Counted from the first letter of the stretch, positions 17,784 to 28,478 are shown. The stretch is 64,000 nucleotides of DNA from a bacterium (GCA_023144005.1 JAGLGN010000006.1:1841-65840); one strand, 5' to 3'. Numbers and translations are program-made. The notes: generated by a model from the sequence alone, not told the origin.

Positions 17784-18761
17784 TTATCCTTTTTTCTTAA
17801 TGTTCATTCCGAGGTAAAGCCCTCTTTGTTTCAATTTTTCCTCAAGTTCCAGTAGTGATTTTGAACCAAGATTCTTCATTTTCATGAGTTCATCGCGGCC
17901 CATGGTCACAAGTTGTTTCACTTTTCTTATATTTGCGGACCTGAGACAATTAGCGGGGCGTTTTGAAAATTCAAGTTCTTCAATGTCGCAATCCAATAAC
18001 TTCTCTATAGGATCTTTATCTTCATCCTTATTACCGTTACCCACAGAATCGACATCCTCATCAAAGTTCACCAAAGCGGCAAAAATATCCTTTGCGATCT
18101 TGCTGGCATAGGGGAGAAAATTCTCACCGTCAACAGTAGTGTCGTGCCAGATCTCCATAAGGACCTTTTCATAATTTCTTTCTGCTTTGTACCTGATATC
18201 TTCAACAACTTCATATTTGACCTTGGTAACAGGAGAAAAAAGTGCATCGGTGGGAATAAACCCGACCGGTTTATCATCTGTATTCATCTGATCGGACAAT
18301 TGATAGCCCACACCGCGCTTGATATACACATTTAGGTCGACATCGACATCACCGGTTACTTCCAGAATAAGCTGATCTTTGTTGATCACCTTAACGGCAG
18401 AATTGCTTTTCGCGATATCAGCCGCAGTAACAACACATGGTCCCGATTTCTTGATATTGACCTCAACATCCTCTTCAAGGATGGAAAGCCTTATTGATTT
18501 CAGGTTCAGCATGATCTGTGTAGCGTCATGAAGAACTCCTTCCATTGTGGAAAGAGGGTGTTCAAATCCTTCAAGCTTGAATCCGTAAACAGCAGAGCCT
18601 TCTATTGAAGACATGAGTATCCTTCTTACTGTATTTCCTACGGTATTCCCATATCCCCTCATCAAGGGCTCAACCGATACCTTGATGTAGCCTTCTTTTG
18701 ACTTATTTTCTTCGATCTTAAACCCATTAGGTTTTTGAATTAATTCCCAGTTCATTACCAT
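17784..18761 (-). CDS. rpoA: DNA-directed RNA polymerase alpha subunit
   Basis: N-terminal assembly domain and C-terminal CTD (...RSANCLRSANIRKVKQLV...), 325 aa. Confidence 0.9.
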   Translation of the reverse strand: MVMNWELIQKPNGFKIEENKSKEGYIKVSVEPLMRGYGNTVGNTVRRILMSSIEGSAVYGFKLEGFEHPLSTMEGVLHDATQIMLNLKSIRLSILEEDVEVNIKKSGPCVVTAADIAKSNSAVKVINKDQLILEVTGDVDVDLNVYIKRGVGYQLSDQMNTDDKPVGFIPTDALFSPVTKVKYEVVEDIRYKAERNYEKVLMEIWHDTTVDGENFLPYASKIAKDIFAALVNFDEDVDSVGNGNKDEDKDPIEKLLDCDIEELEFSKRPANCLRSANIRKVKQLVTMGRDELMKMKNLGSKSLLELEEKLKQRGLYLGMNIKKKG

Positions 18762-18776
18762 AATATTGTTCCCCTA

Positions 18777-19433
18777 TTATCTCGAGTAGTATTCTATTAC
18801 CAGATTCTCTTTGAGCTCTGTGAAATACATTGACTTGATGTCTTCACCTTTAGGAGCCTCAACGACCTCGGCGATCATCAGATCCTTGTTAAACTTCAGC
18901 CATGCCGGAGCTTTCCCTGGATCAACTTCATCCAATCTTTCCTTCAAAGCGGGATGCTTATCAAGAACATTCTTTTTGAACTCTATTACATCTCCCTGTT
19001 TTACCAGGAAAGAGGCGATATCGGCTCTTCTTTGGTTTACTGTAAAAAATCCGTGTGTAACAAGCTGCCTTGCTTCCATTTTGGATCTTCCTATTCCAAG
19101 GCGAAAAATAACCATATCAAGGCGGCTCTCAAGGAGTTTAAAGAGGTTAGAGCTCTTTGTTCCCTTCATAGAACCGGCTTTCTTGACATAATTGGAAAAT
19201 TGTTTTTCTGTAATGAGATAGTATCTTCTTAATTTTTGCTTTTCTCTCAACTGAACGCCGAAATCGGTAAGGCGTCTTCTGAATTTTCTGCCTGCGCCGG
19301 GAACACCTTTGGCTCGTTTCCCTCTGGAGGCCTCTAACGGACATCTATCCGTTTTGCATCTATCGCCTTTGAGGTACAACTTTTCCTGTTCTCTTCGGCA
19401 CAATCTACATTTTGGTCCTGTATATTTTGACAT
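18777..19433 (-). CDS. rpsD: 30S ribosomal protein S4
   Basis: MSKYTGPKCRLCRREQEKLYLKGDRCKTDRCP zinc-ribbon N-terminus. Start set at an internal ATG preceded by GGGAG; the longest ORF is 18777-19535. Confidence 0.9.
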   Translation of the reverse strand: MSKYTGPKCRLCRREQEKLYLKGDRCKTDRCPLEASRGKRAKGVPGAGRKFRRRLTDFGVQLREKQKLRRYYLITEKQFSNYVKKAGSMKGTKSSNLFKLLESRLDMVIFRLGIGRSKMEARQLVTHGFFTVNQRRADIASFLVKQGDVIEFKKNVLDKHPALKERLDEVDPGKAPAWLKFNKDLMIAEVVEAPKGEDIKSMYFTELKENLVIEYYSR

Positions 19434-19443
19434 ATTGTACTCC

Positions 19444-19842
19444 CTAAACTCTTCTTCTTTTACGGGGCTTACAACCATTATGGGGTACCGGTGTAATGTC
19501 CTCGATATACCCAATGCTGATCCCTGCTGAAGCAATTGATCTGATCGCTGTATCCCTTCCTGAACCGGGGCCCTTCACAAAGATATTCGCCTTGTTCATT
19601 CCCAAGGTATCAATTGCGAATTTCGCGACTTTTTCCGCTGCTTTGCCGGCTGCATAAGGTGTGCTTTTCTTGGATCCCTTGAATCCCACGCCTCCGGCGG
19701 AGCACCAGTTCAATGTATTTCCGTCGCCATCGGTCAGGGTAATTATCGTATTGTTGAAGGTGGATTGTATATGAAATATACCCTCGTTCAACTTCTGATG
19801 CTTCTTAACTTTTCTTTCTGTTTTCTTTTTTACTTTTGCCAT
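19444..19842 (-). CDS. rpsK: 30S ribosomal protein S11
   Basis: ...[18 protein letters not shown]... Confidence 0.9.
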   Translation of the reverse strand: MAKVKKKTERKVKKHQKLNEGIFHIQSTFNNTIITLTDGDGNTLNWCSAGGVGFKGSKKSTPYAAGKAAEKVAKFAIDTLGMNKANIFVKGPGSGRDTAIRSIASAGISIGYIEDITPVPHNGCKPRKRRRV

Positions 19843-19861
19843 CTCTTAGCTCCTATTGTCC

Positions 19862-20230
19862 CTACTTTTTCCTACCACCGATAGGAGGTCTTGGCCCCTT
19901 ATGGGATCTGGCATTGGACTGAGTGTTCTGTCCTCTCAAGGGCATATTCCTGATATGACGAATGCCTCTATAGCATCCGATATCCTTGAGTCTTCTTATA
20001 TTCATCTGAACCTCGGTTCTGAGATCACCCTCGACCTTGTATTTTCCTTCGATGATCTTCCTTATCTTCTGGACTTCTTTCTCATCCAAATCCTTGATAC
20101 GCTTTTCCGGATCAATGCCGCTTTCGGCCACGATCTTCTTAGCGGATGTCAAACCAATACCGAACAGATAGGTCAAACCAATGGTCACCTTCTTGTTTTT
20201 CGGAATATCAACTCCTACAATTCTCGCCAC
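19862..20230 (-). CDS. rpsM: 30S ribosomal protein S13
   Basis: MARIVGVDIPKNKKVTIGLTYLFGIGLTSAKKI... Confidence 0.9.
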   Translation of the reverse strand: MARIVGVDIPKNKKVTIGLTYLFGIGLTSAKKIVAESGIDPEKRIKDLDEKEVQKIRKIIEGKYKVEGDLRTEVQMNIRRLKDIGCYRGIRHIRNMPLRGQNTQSNARSHKGPRPPIGGRKK

Positions 20231-20242
20231 ATCAGCCTCCTA

Positions 20243-20359
20243 TTATCCTTGTCTCTGCTTATGCTTTGGATCTCTGGAGCATAAGACCATTACGGTCTTG
20301 TTCCGTTTGATTATTTTGCAGTATTCGCACATTTTTTTTACTGAAGCTCTAACCTTCAT
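20243..20359 (-). CDS. rpmJ: 50S ribosomal protein L36 (not in the supplied ORF track; 38 aa)
   Basis: Reverse translation gives [38 protein letters not shown]. Its ATG overlaps the infA TGA stop (ATGA). Confidence 0.85.
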   Translation of the reverse strand: MKVRASVKKMCEYCKIIKRNKTVMVLCSRDPKHKQRQG

Positions 20360-20586
20360 CTTATTCCTCTCCTGATAATTCTTCCCTTGGTCACGTCGTA
20401 TTTGCTTATTTCAACGATGACCTTATCACCGGGGTTCAGCTTAATATAATATAGCCTCATCTTCCCGGAAATGGTACATTCTATAACCACGCCGTTCTCA
20501 AGTTTAACCTTGAAAACAGTATTGGGCAGCTGCCTTACAACTTCCCCGTTCATGGAAAATTTGTTGTCGTCCATTTTACTCATCAT
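20356..20586 (-). CDS. infA: Translation initiation factor IF-1
   Basis: S1-like OB fold; ...[33 protein letters not shown]... Confidence 0.9.
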   Translation of the reverse strand: MMSKMDDNKFSMNGEVVRQLPNTVFKVKLENGVVIECTISGKMRLYYIKLNPGDKVIVEISKYDVTKGRIIRRGIR

Positions 20587-21329
20587 ACAGTCAATCTTTC
20601 ACCTTTTTCGTCTCCCACCAGGTACATATTCTCCCAATGAGCAGACTGCTTCTCATCCTTGGTGACAACGGTCCATCCGTCCTTTTTTGTCCGGACCTCA
20701 AAGGTCCCTTCATTCACCATAGGTTCAATGCAGATCACCATCCCTTTTTTCAAAAGGAAACCGGTTCCCGTCAAGCCGTAATTAGGCACTTGAGGGTCCT
20801 CGTGAAGCGCGCGTCCGATGCCGTGTCCGACATAATCCCTGACCACGCTGTATCCTTCATCTTCAGCGATCTTTTGTATCTCATTGCCAAGGGTCCCAAG
20901 CTTCATTCCGTCCCTTGCCAGTTCGCCGCCTTTTTCGCAGCATTCTCTGGCAACACGGATCAGCCGCAGCTTGTCCCGATCATCACTGTCAATAAGGTAG
21001 GAGCGCGCCATATCACTATAAATTTCCTGATGCACCAACCCCAGATCTATCTTCAGTAGCTGCCCGGACTTAAGCTTTCTATTGGAAGTAGGTATCCCGT
21101 GGACTACTTCCTCGTTAATGGAAATACACGCAGTTGCCGGGAATCCGTTGTAGCCCTTAAAGGCTGGTCGGCAATTGCGTTTAAGTATTTCACTCTCGAG
21201 GAAAGTATCCAGTTCAAGGGTACTTCTCCCATCTGCTATGAGAGCCTCAGCACTTGTTAACACTTCAAAGAGCATATGCCCCGCATGGCGCATCAGATCG
21301 ATCTCATGCGCTGTTTTTATCAGGGGCAT
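20583..21329 (-). CDS. map: Methionine aminopeptidase type I
   Basis: MPLIKTAHEIDLMRHAG... with metal-binding D/H/E residues (HGIG..., ...EPM...). Confidence 0.9.
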   Translation of the reverse strand: MPLIKTAHEIDLMRHAGHMLFEVLTSAEALIADGRSTLELDTFLESEILKRNCRPAFKGYNGFPATACISINEEVVHGIPTSNRKLKSGQLLKIDLGLVHQEIYSDMARSYLIDSDDRDKLRLIRVARECCEKGGELARDGMKLGTLGNEIQKIAEDEGYSVVRDYVGHGIGRALHEDPQVPNYGLTGTGFLLKKGMVICIEPMVNEGTFEVRTKKDGWTVVTKDEKQSAHWENMYLVGDEKGERLTV

Positions 21330-21988
21330 AAAACTACCAACTTCACTAAATTTTCGTAAATAAATTCTATTTTATCATTTCCCTTGATTTCAGTCAATAG
21401 TTTTTTATCTTTATAAAAAGAGATGAGGGGTTCCGTGAGCTTCCTATAAACCTCAAGACGGTACTTCACTCTTTCGGGCTTATCATCATCCCTTTGTATT
21501 AATGGTATATCGCAATCGTCGCAGAACCCCTCACGCTTCGACGGCAGTGTCTTCAAATTATAGACCTTGCCGCATTTGGAGCAGATCCTTCGGGCGGAGA
21601 TCCTGTCAATGATCGCCTGGTCGGGAATGTTAAAATACACCGCCCGGTCAATAGCGATTCCGGTTATATCCGTGATCTCCTGAAGGTCTTTTCCCTGAAT
21701 GAGAGTTCGCGGATAGCCGTCCAGAATAAATTTATCATCCCCGGACAATGCCTTGAATTTTTCAAGAACGATCTCCTTCATGACATCATCGGAAACCAGG
21801 TCACCGCGATCCAGTATCGCTTTCACTTTGATCCCCAACGAGGTCTGATCCTTTATGCTTTCCCGGAGTATATCTCCGGTGGAAAAATGCATGAATCCCG
21901 ACCTGTCGCTCAACATTCCTGCCTGAGTTCCCTTTCCGCAGCCCGGAGGCCCAAGGAAAATCAGATGTTTACCGCAAGCTTTTCCCAT
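21320..21988 (-). CDS. adk: Adenylate kinase with a zinc-binding LID (CxxC...CxxC)
   Basis: P-loop GPPGCGKGTQ; LID CSKCGKVYN...CDDCD. Confidence 0.9.
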   Translation of the reverse strand: MGKACGKHLIFLGPPGCGKGTQAGMLSDRSGFMHFSTGDILRESIKDQTSLGIKVKAILDRGDLVSDDVMKEIVLEKFKALSGDDKFILDGYPRTLIQGKDLQEITDITGIAIDRAVYFNIPDQAIIDRISARRICSKCGKVYNLKTLPSKREGFCDDCDIPLIQRDDDKPERVKYRLEVYRKLTEPLISFYKDKKLLTEIKGNDKIEFIYENLVKLVVLCP

Positions 21989-21990
21989 AT

Positions 21991-23304
21991 TTACATATGC
22001 CTGGATTTTATCCTTCGCTTTGAGAATCCGTCATAATGCCTCATTATCAGCTGTCCTTCTATCTGCTGTATGGTATCCAGAACAACACCGACCATGATCA
22101 GCAGTGATGTACCGCCGAAAAGCATCGACAATCCAGCGGGAATATGAAAAAGGGCCGTAATAATAGTAGGCAAGATAGCGATGATCGCCAACATCATGGC
22201 TCCGATAAAGGTAACCCTGCTTAGGATGGTATGTAGAAAAGCCGCCGTTTTCTTGCCGGGCCTCTTATTCTGAATAACAGCGCCGTACTTCTTCAGATTA
22301 TCCGATATCTCATCTGGATTGAAGGTGATCGCTGTGTAAAAGAAAGTAAAACCGATGACAAGGAAAAAGAAAATAATGATATAAAGAGGCTTATCCCAGG
22401 CAAAGTAATTATTTACAAAACCCCGAAAGCCCTCATGTTTTACGATCGCTGCAAGAGAGGTGGGGATCATCATAACGGATTGCGCGAAAATGATGGGAAT
22501 AACACTTGCTGAATTCACTCTCAATGGGAGATAATTCTTCGCCCCTTGGACCACTCTCCTTCCCTGTATCCTCTTTGGATACATGATCGGGATCTTTCGA
22601 GCGCCCAATGTAAGCATAATAGCAGCGACTGTGACCAGCAATACTATGAATATCAGCAGCAGTATCTTTGCGAATCCTATACCCCCGGTTGCCTGTATCT
22701 CAATAATGGAAGGAATAAGCCTCGCAACTATGCCGATCAGAATGATCAGGGAAATACCGTTCCCTATACCGATTTCGGTAATGGTCTCGCCAACCCACAT
22801 AAGCAGGACAGTGCCCGCCGTAAAGGTAAGCACCGCTACGAACATAAACAGCACGGGATTAATGGTCACTATCTGAACACCGCCGAGGTTTAGCCCGCTG
22901 ATCCATTTAGCGTAAGCCAGGGACTGCATAATACAGATAAGAATAGTACCGTAACGCGTATATTGTGTTAAAACCTTATTGCCGCGCTCGCCTTCATCAT
23001 GTAAGCGTTTGAATTCCGGAATAACATACACCAGAAGCTGAACGATGATCGAAGAAGTAATATACGGCATGATCCCCAGAGCAAATATAGTTACTCTTGA
23101 AAAGGCGCCGCCGGTAAACATATCATATAGGGAAAGCAGTGTACCCTGGGTCTGTGCCTGCATATATTCGATTATGGCATCCGAATTGATACCCGGAACC
23201 GGAATATGCTTCCCGAATCTGAAAACCAGCAAAAGAAGGAATGTGATCCAGAGTTTTCTGGTCAGATCCTTGACTTTGAATATATTTGCAAATCCCTTTA
23301 ACAT
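21991..23304 (-). CDS. secY: Preprotein translocase subunit SecY
   Basis: 10-TM protein, 437 aa, in the conserved position between rplO and adk. Confidence 0.9.
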   Translation of the reverse strand: MLKGFANIFKVKDLTRKLWITFLLLLVFRFGKHIPVPGINSDAIIEYMQAQTQGTLLSLYDMFTGGAFSRVTIFALGIMPYITSSIIVQLLVYVIPEFKRLHDEGERGNKVLTQYTRYGTILICIMQSLAYAKWISGLNLGGVQIVTINPVLFMFVAVLTFTAGTVLLMWVGETITEIGIGNGISLIILIGIVARLIPSIIEIQATGGIGFAKILLLIFIVLLVTVAAIMLTLGARKIPIMYPKRIQGRRVVQGAKNYLPLRVNSASVIPIIFAQSVMMIPTSLAAIVKHEGFRGFVNNYFAWDKPLYIIIFFFLVIGFTFFYTAITFNPDEISDNLKKYGAVIQNKRPGKKTAAFLHTILSRVTFIGAMMLAIIAILPTIITALFHIPAGLSMLFGGTSLLIMVGVVLDTIQQIEGQLIMRHYDGFSKRRIKSRHM

Positions 23305-23316
23305 TACTTACTCCTT

Positions 23317-23784
23317 CTAAACTTGGACATTTCCACCCTTGTCGGTAACTTCCTTCAAAGCGTTTTTTGAAAAGGCGAATTCATTGGTGAATTCCAGTTT
23401 CTTTTCCAGCTTCTTATCGGAAAGTATCTTTATCCTTTTTAATGCGGATGGTTTGATGAGAGATTTTGACAGAAGCAACTCTTCTGAGATTACTGTACCT
23501 TCATCAAATCTATTGAAGAAGGAGACCTTCATTATCACATAGTCTCTCTTCAAATTTCTCATCATATTCTGTTTTGAACCCTTGGACATACCTCTCTTCG
23601 GCACCTTACGCTGAATCGGCATCTGTCCGCCTTCATAGCCCGCCTTACTTTTATAACCGGTTCTTGACTTCTGGCCTTTATGGCCCCTGCCTGCCGTTTT
23701 TCCGTGACCGGATGATGTTCCACGGCCTATTCTTTTTCTTTTCTTTCTTGAATTTTCTGATATTCTCAGGTCATTTAATCTCAT
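23317..23784 (-). CDS. rplO: 50S ribosomal protein L15
   Basis: [41 protein letters not shown]... Confidence 0.9.
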   Translation of the reverse strand: MRLNDLRISENSRKKRKRIGRGTSSGHGKTAGRGHKGQKSRTGYKSKAGYEGGQMPIQRKVPKRGMSKGSKQNMMRNLKRDYVIMKVSFFNRFDEGTVISEELLLSKSLIKPSALKRIKILSDKKLEKKLEFTNEFAFSKNALKEVTDKGGNVQV

Positions 23785-24248
23785 TATTTCCCTCCGCTCT
23801 CGGGCTTCTTATCGCCTTTGGGGGCCTTCGTAGGCGCTGCTTTCTTAACGGGCTTTTCCGCGGCAGCCTTCTTCTGCGGTGCTTTCTCCGCTTTGGGCTG
23901 CTGCTTTTTCGATGCGGCGGCCGCTGTCTTCTTCGCAACAGGCGGCTTCTTCGCCGCTGCTGGCTTCTTCGCCGCCGAAGGCGTTTCCTTCTTTATCGTT
24001 TTCTCTTGAGTTTCCTTTTTCGGCGCTGCCGGTTTTTTCGGCGCAGCTTTTGGCTTCGCGGATTTATCCTCGAATATTTCATAGGATATCAGGTGATTCA
24101 CTTTCCTGATCATCCCCATGACACAATCATTCATGGGATATTCTCTTATTTGGCCGATCTTGCGTAAACCCAGCGAATCCATGACCACCTTCGTGGTGTT
24201 CTTCTCACGGATCCTGCTGCCAGTAACTCTAACCTTTACCCTTTTCAT
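23784..24248 (-). CDS. rpmD: 50S ribosomal protein L30 carrying a ~100 aa histone-H1-like K/A/P-rich C-terminal tail
   Basis: L30 core [33 protein letters not shown]..., then ...[20 protein letters not shown]...[16 protein letters not shown].... Start set at the ATG after GGAGAA. Confidence 0.85.
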   Translation of the reverse strand: MKRVKVRVTGSRIREKNTTKVVMDSLGLRKIGQIREYPMNDCVMGMIRKVNHLISYEIFEDKSAKPKAAPKKPAAPKKETQEKTIKKETPSAAKKPAAAKKPPVAKKTAAAASKKQQPKAEKAPQKKAAAEKPVKKAAPTKAPKGDKKPESGGK

Positions 24249-24750
24249 TATTGTTCTCCATCTGCTTGAAGGTCTGACGCACCTGCCATTTCTTATACAC
24301 ATTGCTTATCTTCCTCAAAGCATCCATTGTCGCTCTCGCGATATTTGTCTGCGAACCGGAGGTCAATGCCTTCGTAACGATATTCTTCATTCCGCTGACC
24401 TCCAAGATAGCACGCACGGATCCGCCGGCGATAATACCTGTTCCGGGACGGCCGGGTTTCAATAAAACCCTCGCGTTTCCCCACTGGCCGATCATTTCAA
24501 AGGGTATGGTCCCCTCATCATTGACCGGTATCTGTATCATATATCTCTTACCGTCATTCGCTGCTTTTCTCATCGCATCTGTTGTTTCATTTGCTTTACC
24601 GAAACCAAGGCCGACCTTTCCATTGACATCACCAACGGCCATGAGGCAGTTGAAACTGAATTTTCTTCCGCCCTTCAGGACCTTGGCAACCCTGTTGATC
24701 TTGATTATCTTCTCTTCATATTCTTTGACTTCTTCTCTGTAGAATGCCAT
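24229..24750 (-). CDS. rpsE: 30S ribosomal protein S5
   Basis: ...INRVAKVLKGGRKFSFNCLMAVGDVNGKVGLGFGKANE... Confidence 0.9.
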   Translation of the reverse strand: MAFYREEVKEYEEKIIKINRVAKVLKGGRKFSFNCLMAVGDVNGKVGLGFGKANETTDAMRKAANDGKRYMIQIPVNDEGTIPFEMIGQWGNARVLLKPGRPGTGIIAGGSVRAILEVSGMKNIVTKALTSGSQTNIARATMDALRKISNVYKKWQVRQTFKQMENNNEKGKG

Positions 24751-24761
24751 AGTTCGCTCCT

Positions 24762-25115
24762 TTAAAATTTCAGTCCGGCTTCGCGGGCCGCGTCGGCTAA
24801 GGCTTTAATGCGGCCGTGATAGATGAATCCGTTTCTGTCAAATACCACTTTCTCAAAGCTCTTTTCCTTGCACATTTCGGCAATTTTCTTACCAACGGCC
24901 TTTGCGGCATCCGAATTCCCACCGTATTTTAGAGTCTTCTTCACATCCTCGGTCAATGTCGAACAGCCGAAAAGGACCTTGCCGGCCTCATCGTCCACGA
25001 CCTGAACATAGATATGCTGAAGGCTTTTATAAACACAGAGTCTGGGAATGTCGCCGGTTCCGTTGACAACTTTTCTTATGTGTTTTTTTCTTCTGAATCT
25101 TTTTTCCTGTTTCAT
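24762..25115 (-). CDS. rplR: 50S ribosomal protein L18
   Basis: ...PRLCVYKSLQHIYVQVVDD... Confidence 0.9.
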   Translation of the reverse strand: MKQEKRFRRKKHIRKVVNGTGDIPRLCVYKSLQHIYVQVVDDEAGKVLFGCSTLTEDVKKTLKYGGNSDAAKAVGKKIAEMCKEKSFEKVVFDRNGFIYHGRIKALADAAREAGLKF

Positions 25116-25124
25116 ATTGTACCT

Positions 25125-25706
25125 CTATACAGTGGCACCGGATTTGCCGGATTTTGTCTTAACGAACTCATCAATGTATCTGATCCCCTTTCCATGATAG
25201 GGTTCCGGTGGAAGAAAGTGTCTGATCTTCGCCGCAACCTGTCCGACCAGCTGCTTGTCTATACCGCTGACGGTGATGGCGCCGGCGTATCTGCCTCTTT
25301 CTATTCCGGGAATATTGAGTTCTGTCGTTTTCATTGGAGTAAGCTCGATGCCGGCGGGAGGTGTAAGGCTTTTATTGATAAAATTAACGCTTAAGGAAAA
25401 ATCCTTTCCCTTCACTTCCATCTTTCCGCCCTTCCAGATAAGTACCAATGTCTTCGAATAACCCTCGGAGACCCCTATAGCCATATTGTAAATGAGGGCT
25501 CTCGAAAGGCCGTGAAAAGCCTTTATCTTTTTTAATTCGCTTCCTCTTTTCACTTCAACCTGATTATCCTTAATGGAAAGGGAGATCTCGGGAAGAAGCG
25601 CCCATTTCAATTCACCTTTGGGGCCCTTGACATGAACGGTATTATCCTTCACCTCGATTTGAACTCCCTTCGGTATTTCAATAAGAAGATTTCCTATTTT
25701 TGACAT
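25125..25706 (-). CDS. rplF: 50S ribosomal protein L6
   Basis: MSKIGNLLIEIPKGVQIEVKDNTVHVKGPKGEL...; start trimmed from the longest ORF (25766). Confidence 0.9.
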   Translation of the reverse strand: MSKIGNLLIEIPKGVQIEVKDNTVHVKGPKGELKWALLPEISLSIKDNQVEVKRGSELKKIKAFHGLSRALIYNMAIGVSEGYSKTLVLIWKGGKMEVKGKDFSLSVNFINKSLTPPAGIELTPMKTTELNIPGIERGRYAGAITVSGIDKQLVGQVAAKIRHFLPPEPYHGKGIRYIDEFVKTKSGKSGATV

Positions 25707-25717
25707 TATTAACCTCT

Positions 25718-26119
25718 TTACCAGATATAGCAGAGAAGCTCGCCGCCAACCTTGTTGAAGCGGCAATCCTTATCAGTCAGGACACCATGTGATGTTGAAA
25801 CAATGGCTACGCCGTAGCCGTTCAGCACCCTTGGTATATCCTTGTATGATTTATAGATTCTTCTGCCGGGTTTTGACACCCTTTTTAGTCCGGAAATCAG
25901 ACTTTCATTTTTTTCGCCGTAACGTAAAAAGAGAACCAGAGATTTCTTATTAGCGGTGATATCCTTGATGGTATAATCCGCGATAAAACCTTCTTTCTTC
26001 AGGATGGATGTAACCTCTTCCTTCATCTTAGAATGGTTGATCTCTACCTCTTTATGTTCAGCCATGCATGCATTTCTAATCCTTGTAAGTAAATCTGCGA
26101 TCGGATCTGTCATTACCAT
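25718..26119 (-). CDS. rpsH: 30S ribosomal protein S8
   Basis: [32 protein letters not shown]... Confidence 0.9.
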   Translation of the reverse strand: MVMTDPIADLLTRIRNACMAEHKEVEINHSKMKEEVTSILKKEGFIADYTIKDITANKKSLVLFLRYGEKNESLISGLKRVSKPGRRIYKSYKDIPRVLNGYGVAIVSTSHGVLTDKDCRFNKVGGELLCYIW

Positions 26120-26129
26120 AATATTCCCC

Positions 26130-26315
26130 TTACCACGAGGCCTTCTTTACCCCGGGGAGCTTGCCTTGACTGGCCAATTCCCTGAAGCAAATTCTGCACA
26201 TATCAAATCTTCTGTAGTACGCACGAGCGCGGCCACAGATCGGACATCTATTATATTCTCTAACCTTGAACTTACTGCCGGCTTTTTGTTTAACTCTCCA
26301 CGATTTTTTCGCCAA
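26130..26315 (-). CDS. rpsZ: 30S ribosomal protein S14 type Z (zinc-binding, 61 aa)
   Basis: ...[23 protein letters not shown]... Confidence 0.9.
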   Translation of the reverse strand: MAKKSWRVKQKAGSKFKVREYNRCPICGRARAYYRRFDMCRICFRELASQGKLPGVKKASW

Positions 26316-26326
26316 TTTTTTCTCCT

Positions 26327-26875
26327 CTACTTCTTTTGCTTCTTAAAGGGGAAACCTAATTCCCTGAGCAGTGCTTCCGCTTCTTCATCTGTGGCATTAC
26401 TGGTTGTGATCGAGATATTCATTCCTCTGATAACCTGAACCTTCTCAATGTCGATCTCAGGAAAGATGAATTGCTCTCTCAAACCAAAATTATAATTTCC
26501 CCGGCCATCGAACTGACTTGTCTTGAAGCCTTTAAAATCCTTGATACGGGGAGCGGTTACCGAAATAAACCTGTCCAGGAATTCCCACATCATCGCTCTT
26601 CGCAATGTTACGGAAGTACCCACTGCCATACCATCTCTAAGCTTGAAGTTCGCTATAGATTTTCGGGCTTTGTTCAAACGGGGTTTCTGACCCGTAATAA
26701 TAGACAGGTCCTTCATCGCGGCTTCTATGTTCTTATAATCTTTGATCGCATCGCCGACGCCCATATTAACAACGATCTTTTTAATATTGGGGATCTGCAT
26801 TTCGTTCTTGTACTTGAACTCTTCTTTCAGTTTCTTTCTGACCTCTTTGTATTTGGTCTTTAATCTAGGTTCCAT
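26327..26875 (-). CDS. rplE: 50S ribosomal protein L5
   Basis: ...[14 protein letters not shown]... Confidence 0.9.
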   Translation of the reverse strand: MEPRLKTKYKEVRKKLKEEFKYKNEMQIPNIKKIVVNMGVGDAIKDYKNIEAAMKDLSIITGQKPRLNKARKSIANFKLRDGMAVGTSVTLRRAMMWEFLDRFISVTAPRIKDFKGFKTSQFDGRGNYNFGLREQFIFPEIDIEKVQVIRGMNISITTSNATDEEAEALLRELGFPFKKQKK

Positions 26876-26888
26876 CTGACTTCCTCAA

Positions 26889-27218
26889 TTATTTGTATTC
26901 AAGCACGGCATCACAGCTGACACATTTTCTGATGACTTTGCCGTGCGCCCTTTCATACTTGACCCTGACACCTTTGTGACAGGCATTGCAATAAGGCATG
27001 ACCTTTGACATCTTAAGGGGAGCCGGTTCTTCAACTATTCCGCCCTGCTTATTATTCGCGGGGTCGGCCTTCGTGGACTTCTTCATAAGGTTGAGGCCTT
27101 CAACGATGACCTTGTCACTCTTGCGGAGGACCTTCAAGACCTTACCCATCTTCCCTTTTATCGCGCTCTTTCCGGAAATGATCTGTACGATATCTCCTTT
27201 TTTTATCCTGTTTCCCAT
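26889..27218 (-). CDS. rplX: 50S ribosomal protein L24 with a C-terminal CxxC...CxxC zinc-ribbon-like ending
   Basis: KOW motif KKGDIVQIISGKSAIKGKMGKV; C-terminus ...YCNACHKGVRVKYERAHGKVIRKCVSCDAVLEYK. Confidence 0.85.
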   Translation of the reverse strand: MGNRIKKGDIVQIISGKSAIKGKMGKVLKVLRKSDKVIVEGLNLMKKSTKADPANNKQGGIVEEPAPLKMSKVMPYCNACHKGVRVKYERAHGKVIRKCVSCDAVLEYK

Positions 27219-27227
27219 ATATTTCTC

Positions 27228-27599
27228 CTACCAGACCTCGGGTGCAAGAGACACTATCTTCATGTACTTGTTGACACCGGTACGCAATTCTCTCGCGACC
27301 GGCCCGAAGATCCTGGTTCCCTGGGGATTTTGCTGATCGTCAATAATGACAACACTGTTATCATCAAATTTAATATAACTTCCGTCCGGCCTTCTGATCT
27401 CCTTGGCGATCCTTACGATCACGCCTTTAACTATATCACCTTTCGTGTTATTTGAATTGGGGATGATCTTTTTTACGGCCAAAGCCACAATATCGCCTAA
27501 GCTGGCCGTGCTTCGGTTGGAACCGTAAAATCCGATCACAAGAGCCCTCTTTATCCCTGTATTATCAGCGACATTGACCATTGTGTTTCTCTGTATCAT
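27228..27599 (-). CDS. rplN: 50S ribosomal protein L14
   Basis: [23 protein letters not shown]... Confidence 0.9.
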   Translation of the reverse strand: MIQRNTMVNVADNTGIKRALVIGFYGSNRSTASLGDIVALAVKKIIPNSNNTKGDIVKGVIVRIAKEIRRPDGSYIKFDDNSVVIIDDQQNPQGTRIFGPVARELRTGVNKYMKIVSLAPEVW

Positions 27600-27609
27600 C
27601 TATAATCTC

Positions 27610-27867
27610 CTACGAAACGACCTTTTTCAGAACGGTGAGCAGTCTCCACCTTTTTCTTTTTGAAAGGGGTCTTGTTTCCATGATCTCCACGAAATCTCCG
27701 ACCTTACATTCGTTCTTCTCATCATGTACGGCAAATTTATTGCTCTGCTTGTAATACTTCTTGAACCTGGGGTGAAGCTTGAGTGTCTCGACCCTGACGA
27801 TGATCGTTTTATCCATCTTGTCAGAGACGACCAAACCCTTCCTCACTTTTCGTCTATTTCTTTCCAT
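27610..27867 (-). CDS. rpsQ: 30S ribosomal protein S17
   Basis: ...[27 protein letters not shown]... Confidence 0.9.
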   Translation of the reverse strand: MERNRRKVRKGLVVSDKMDKTIIVRVETLKLHPRFKKYYKQSNKFAVHDEKNECKVGDFVEIMETRPLSKRKRWRLLTVLKKVVS

Positions 27868-28057
27868 CTTTATTCTCCTTTTCCGTGAGAATGGTCAAAA
27901 ATCTTGCGATTTCTTTCTTCTCCGATTTAAACTTACTGAAATCGGTGAGCTGGCCTATTTTCCTCTGGAATCTAAGATGCATAAGGTTGGATTTCATCTC
28001 GTCGACCTTGTGTTTGATCTCGTCAACTGTCATTGCTCTAATTTCCGACGTTTTCAT
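27854..28057 (-). CDS. rpmC: 50S ribosomal protein L29
   Basis: [31 protein letters not shown]... Confidence 0.85.
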   Translation of the reverse strand: MKTSEIRAMTVDEIKHKVDEMKSNLMHLRFQRKIGQLTDFSKFKSEKKEIARFLTILTEKENKDGKK

Positions 28058-28062
28058 TTTCC

Positions 28063-28467
28063 CTACCTCTTAATAAAATTGGTTTTTACACTCAATTTGT
28101 ATGATGCTTGTTTCAATATCCGCTTTGCCTCAACCTCATCCACACCGGATATCTCGAACAGAACATGACCTGGTTTTACAGCGGCGACCCATTTGTCGGG
28201 AGCGCCTTTACCCTTTCCCATTCTAACTTCCAGCGGTTTTGAGGTAAGTACTTTCTGAGGGAAGATCCTAATCCAGATCTTACCGATCTTTCTCAATTTC
28301 TTATTCAAATTTACTCTGACAGATTCGATCTCATTAGCGGTGATAAATGCGTGTTCTTTGGTTTGAATGCCGTATTCTCCGAAGGATACGCGATTGCCCC
28401 TCTGGGCATGGCCTCTGATCCTTCCTTTCTGCATTTTCCTAAACTTACTTTTTCTTGGCATTAACAT
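28063..28467 (-). CDS. rplP: 50S ribosomal protein L16
   Basis: MLMPRKSKFRKMQKGRIRG... Confidence 0.9.
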   Translation of the reverse strand: MLMPRKSKFRKMQKGRIRGHAQRGNRVSFGEYGIQTKEHAFITANEIESVRVNLNKKLRKIGKIWIRIFPQKVLTSKPLEVRMGKGKGAPDKWVAAVKPGHVLFEISGVDEVEAKRILKQASYKLSVKTNFIKR

Positions 28468-28478
28468 AATATTCCTCT

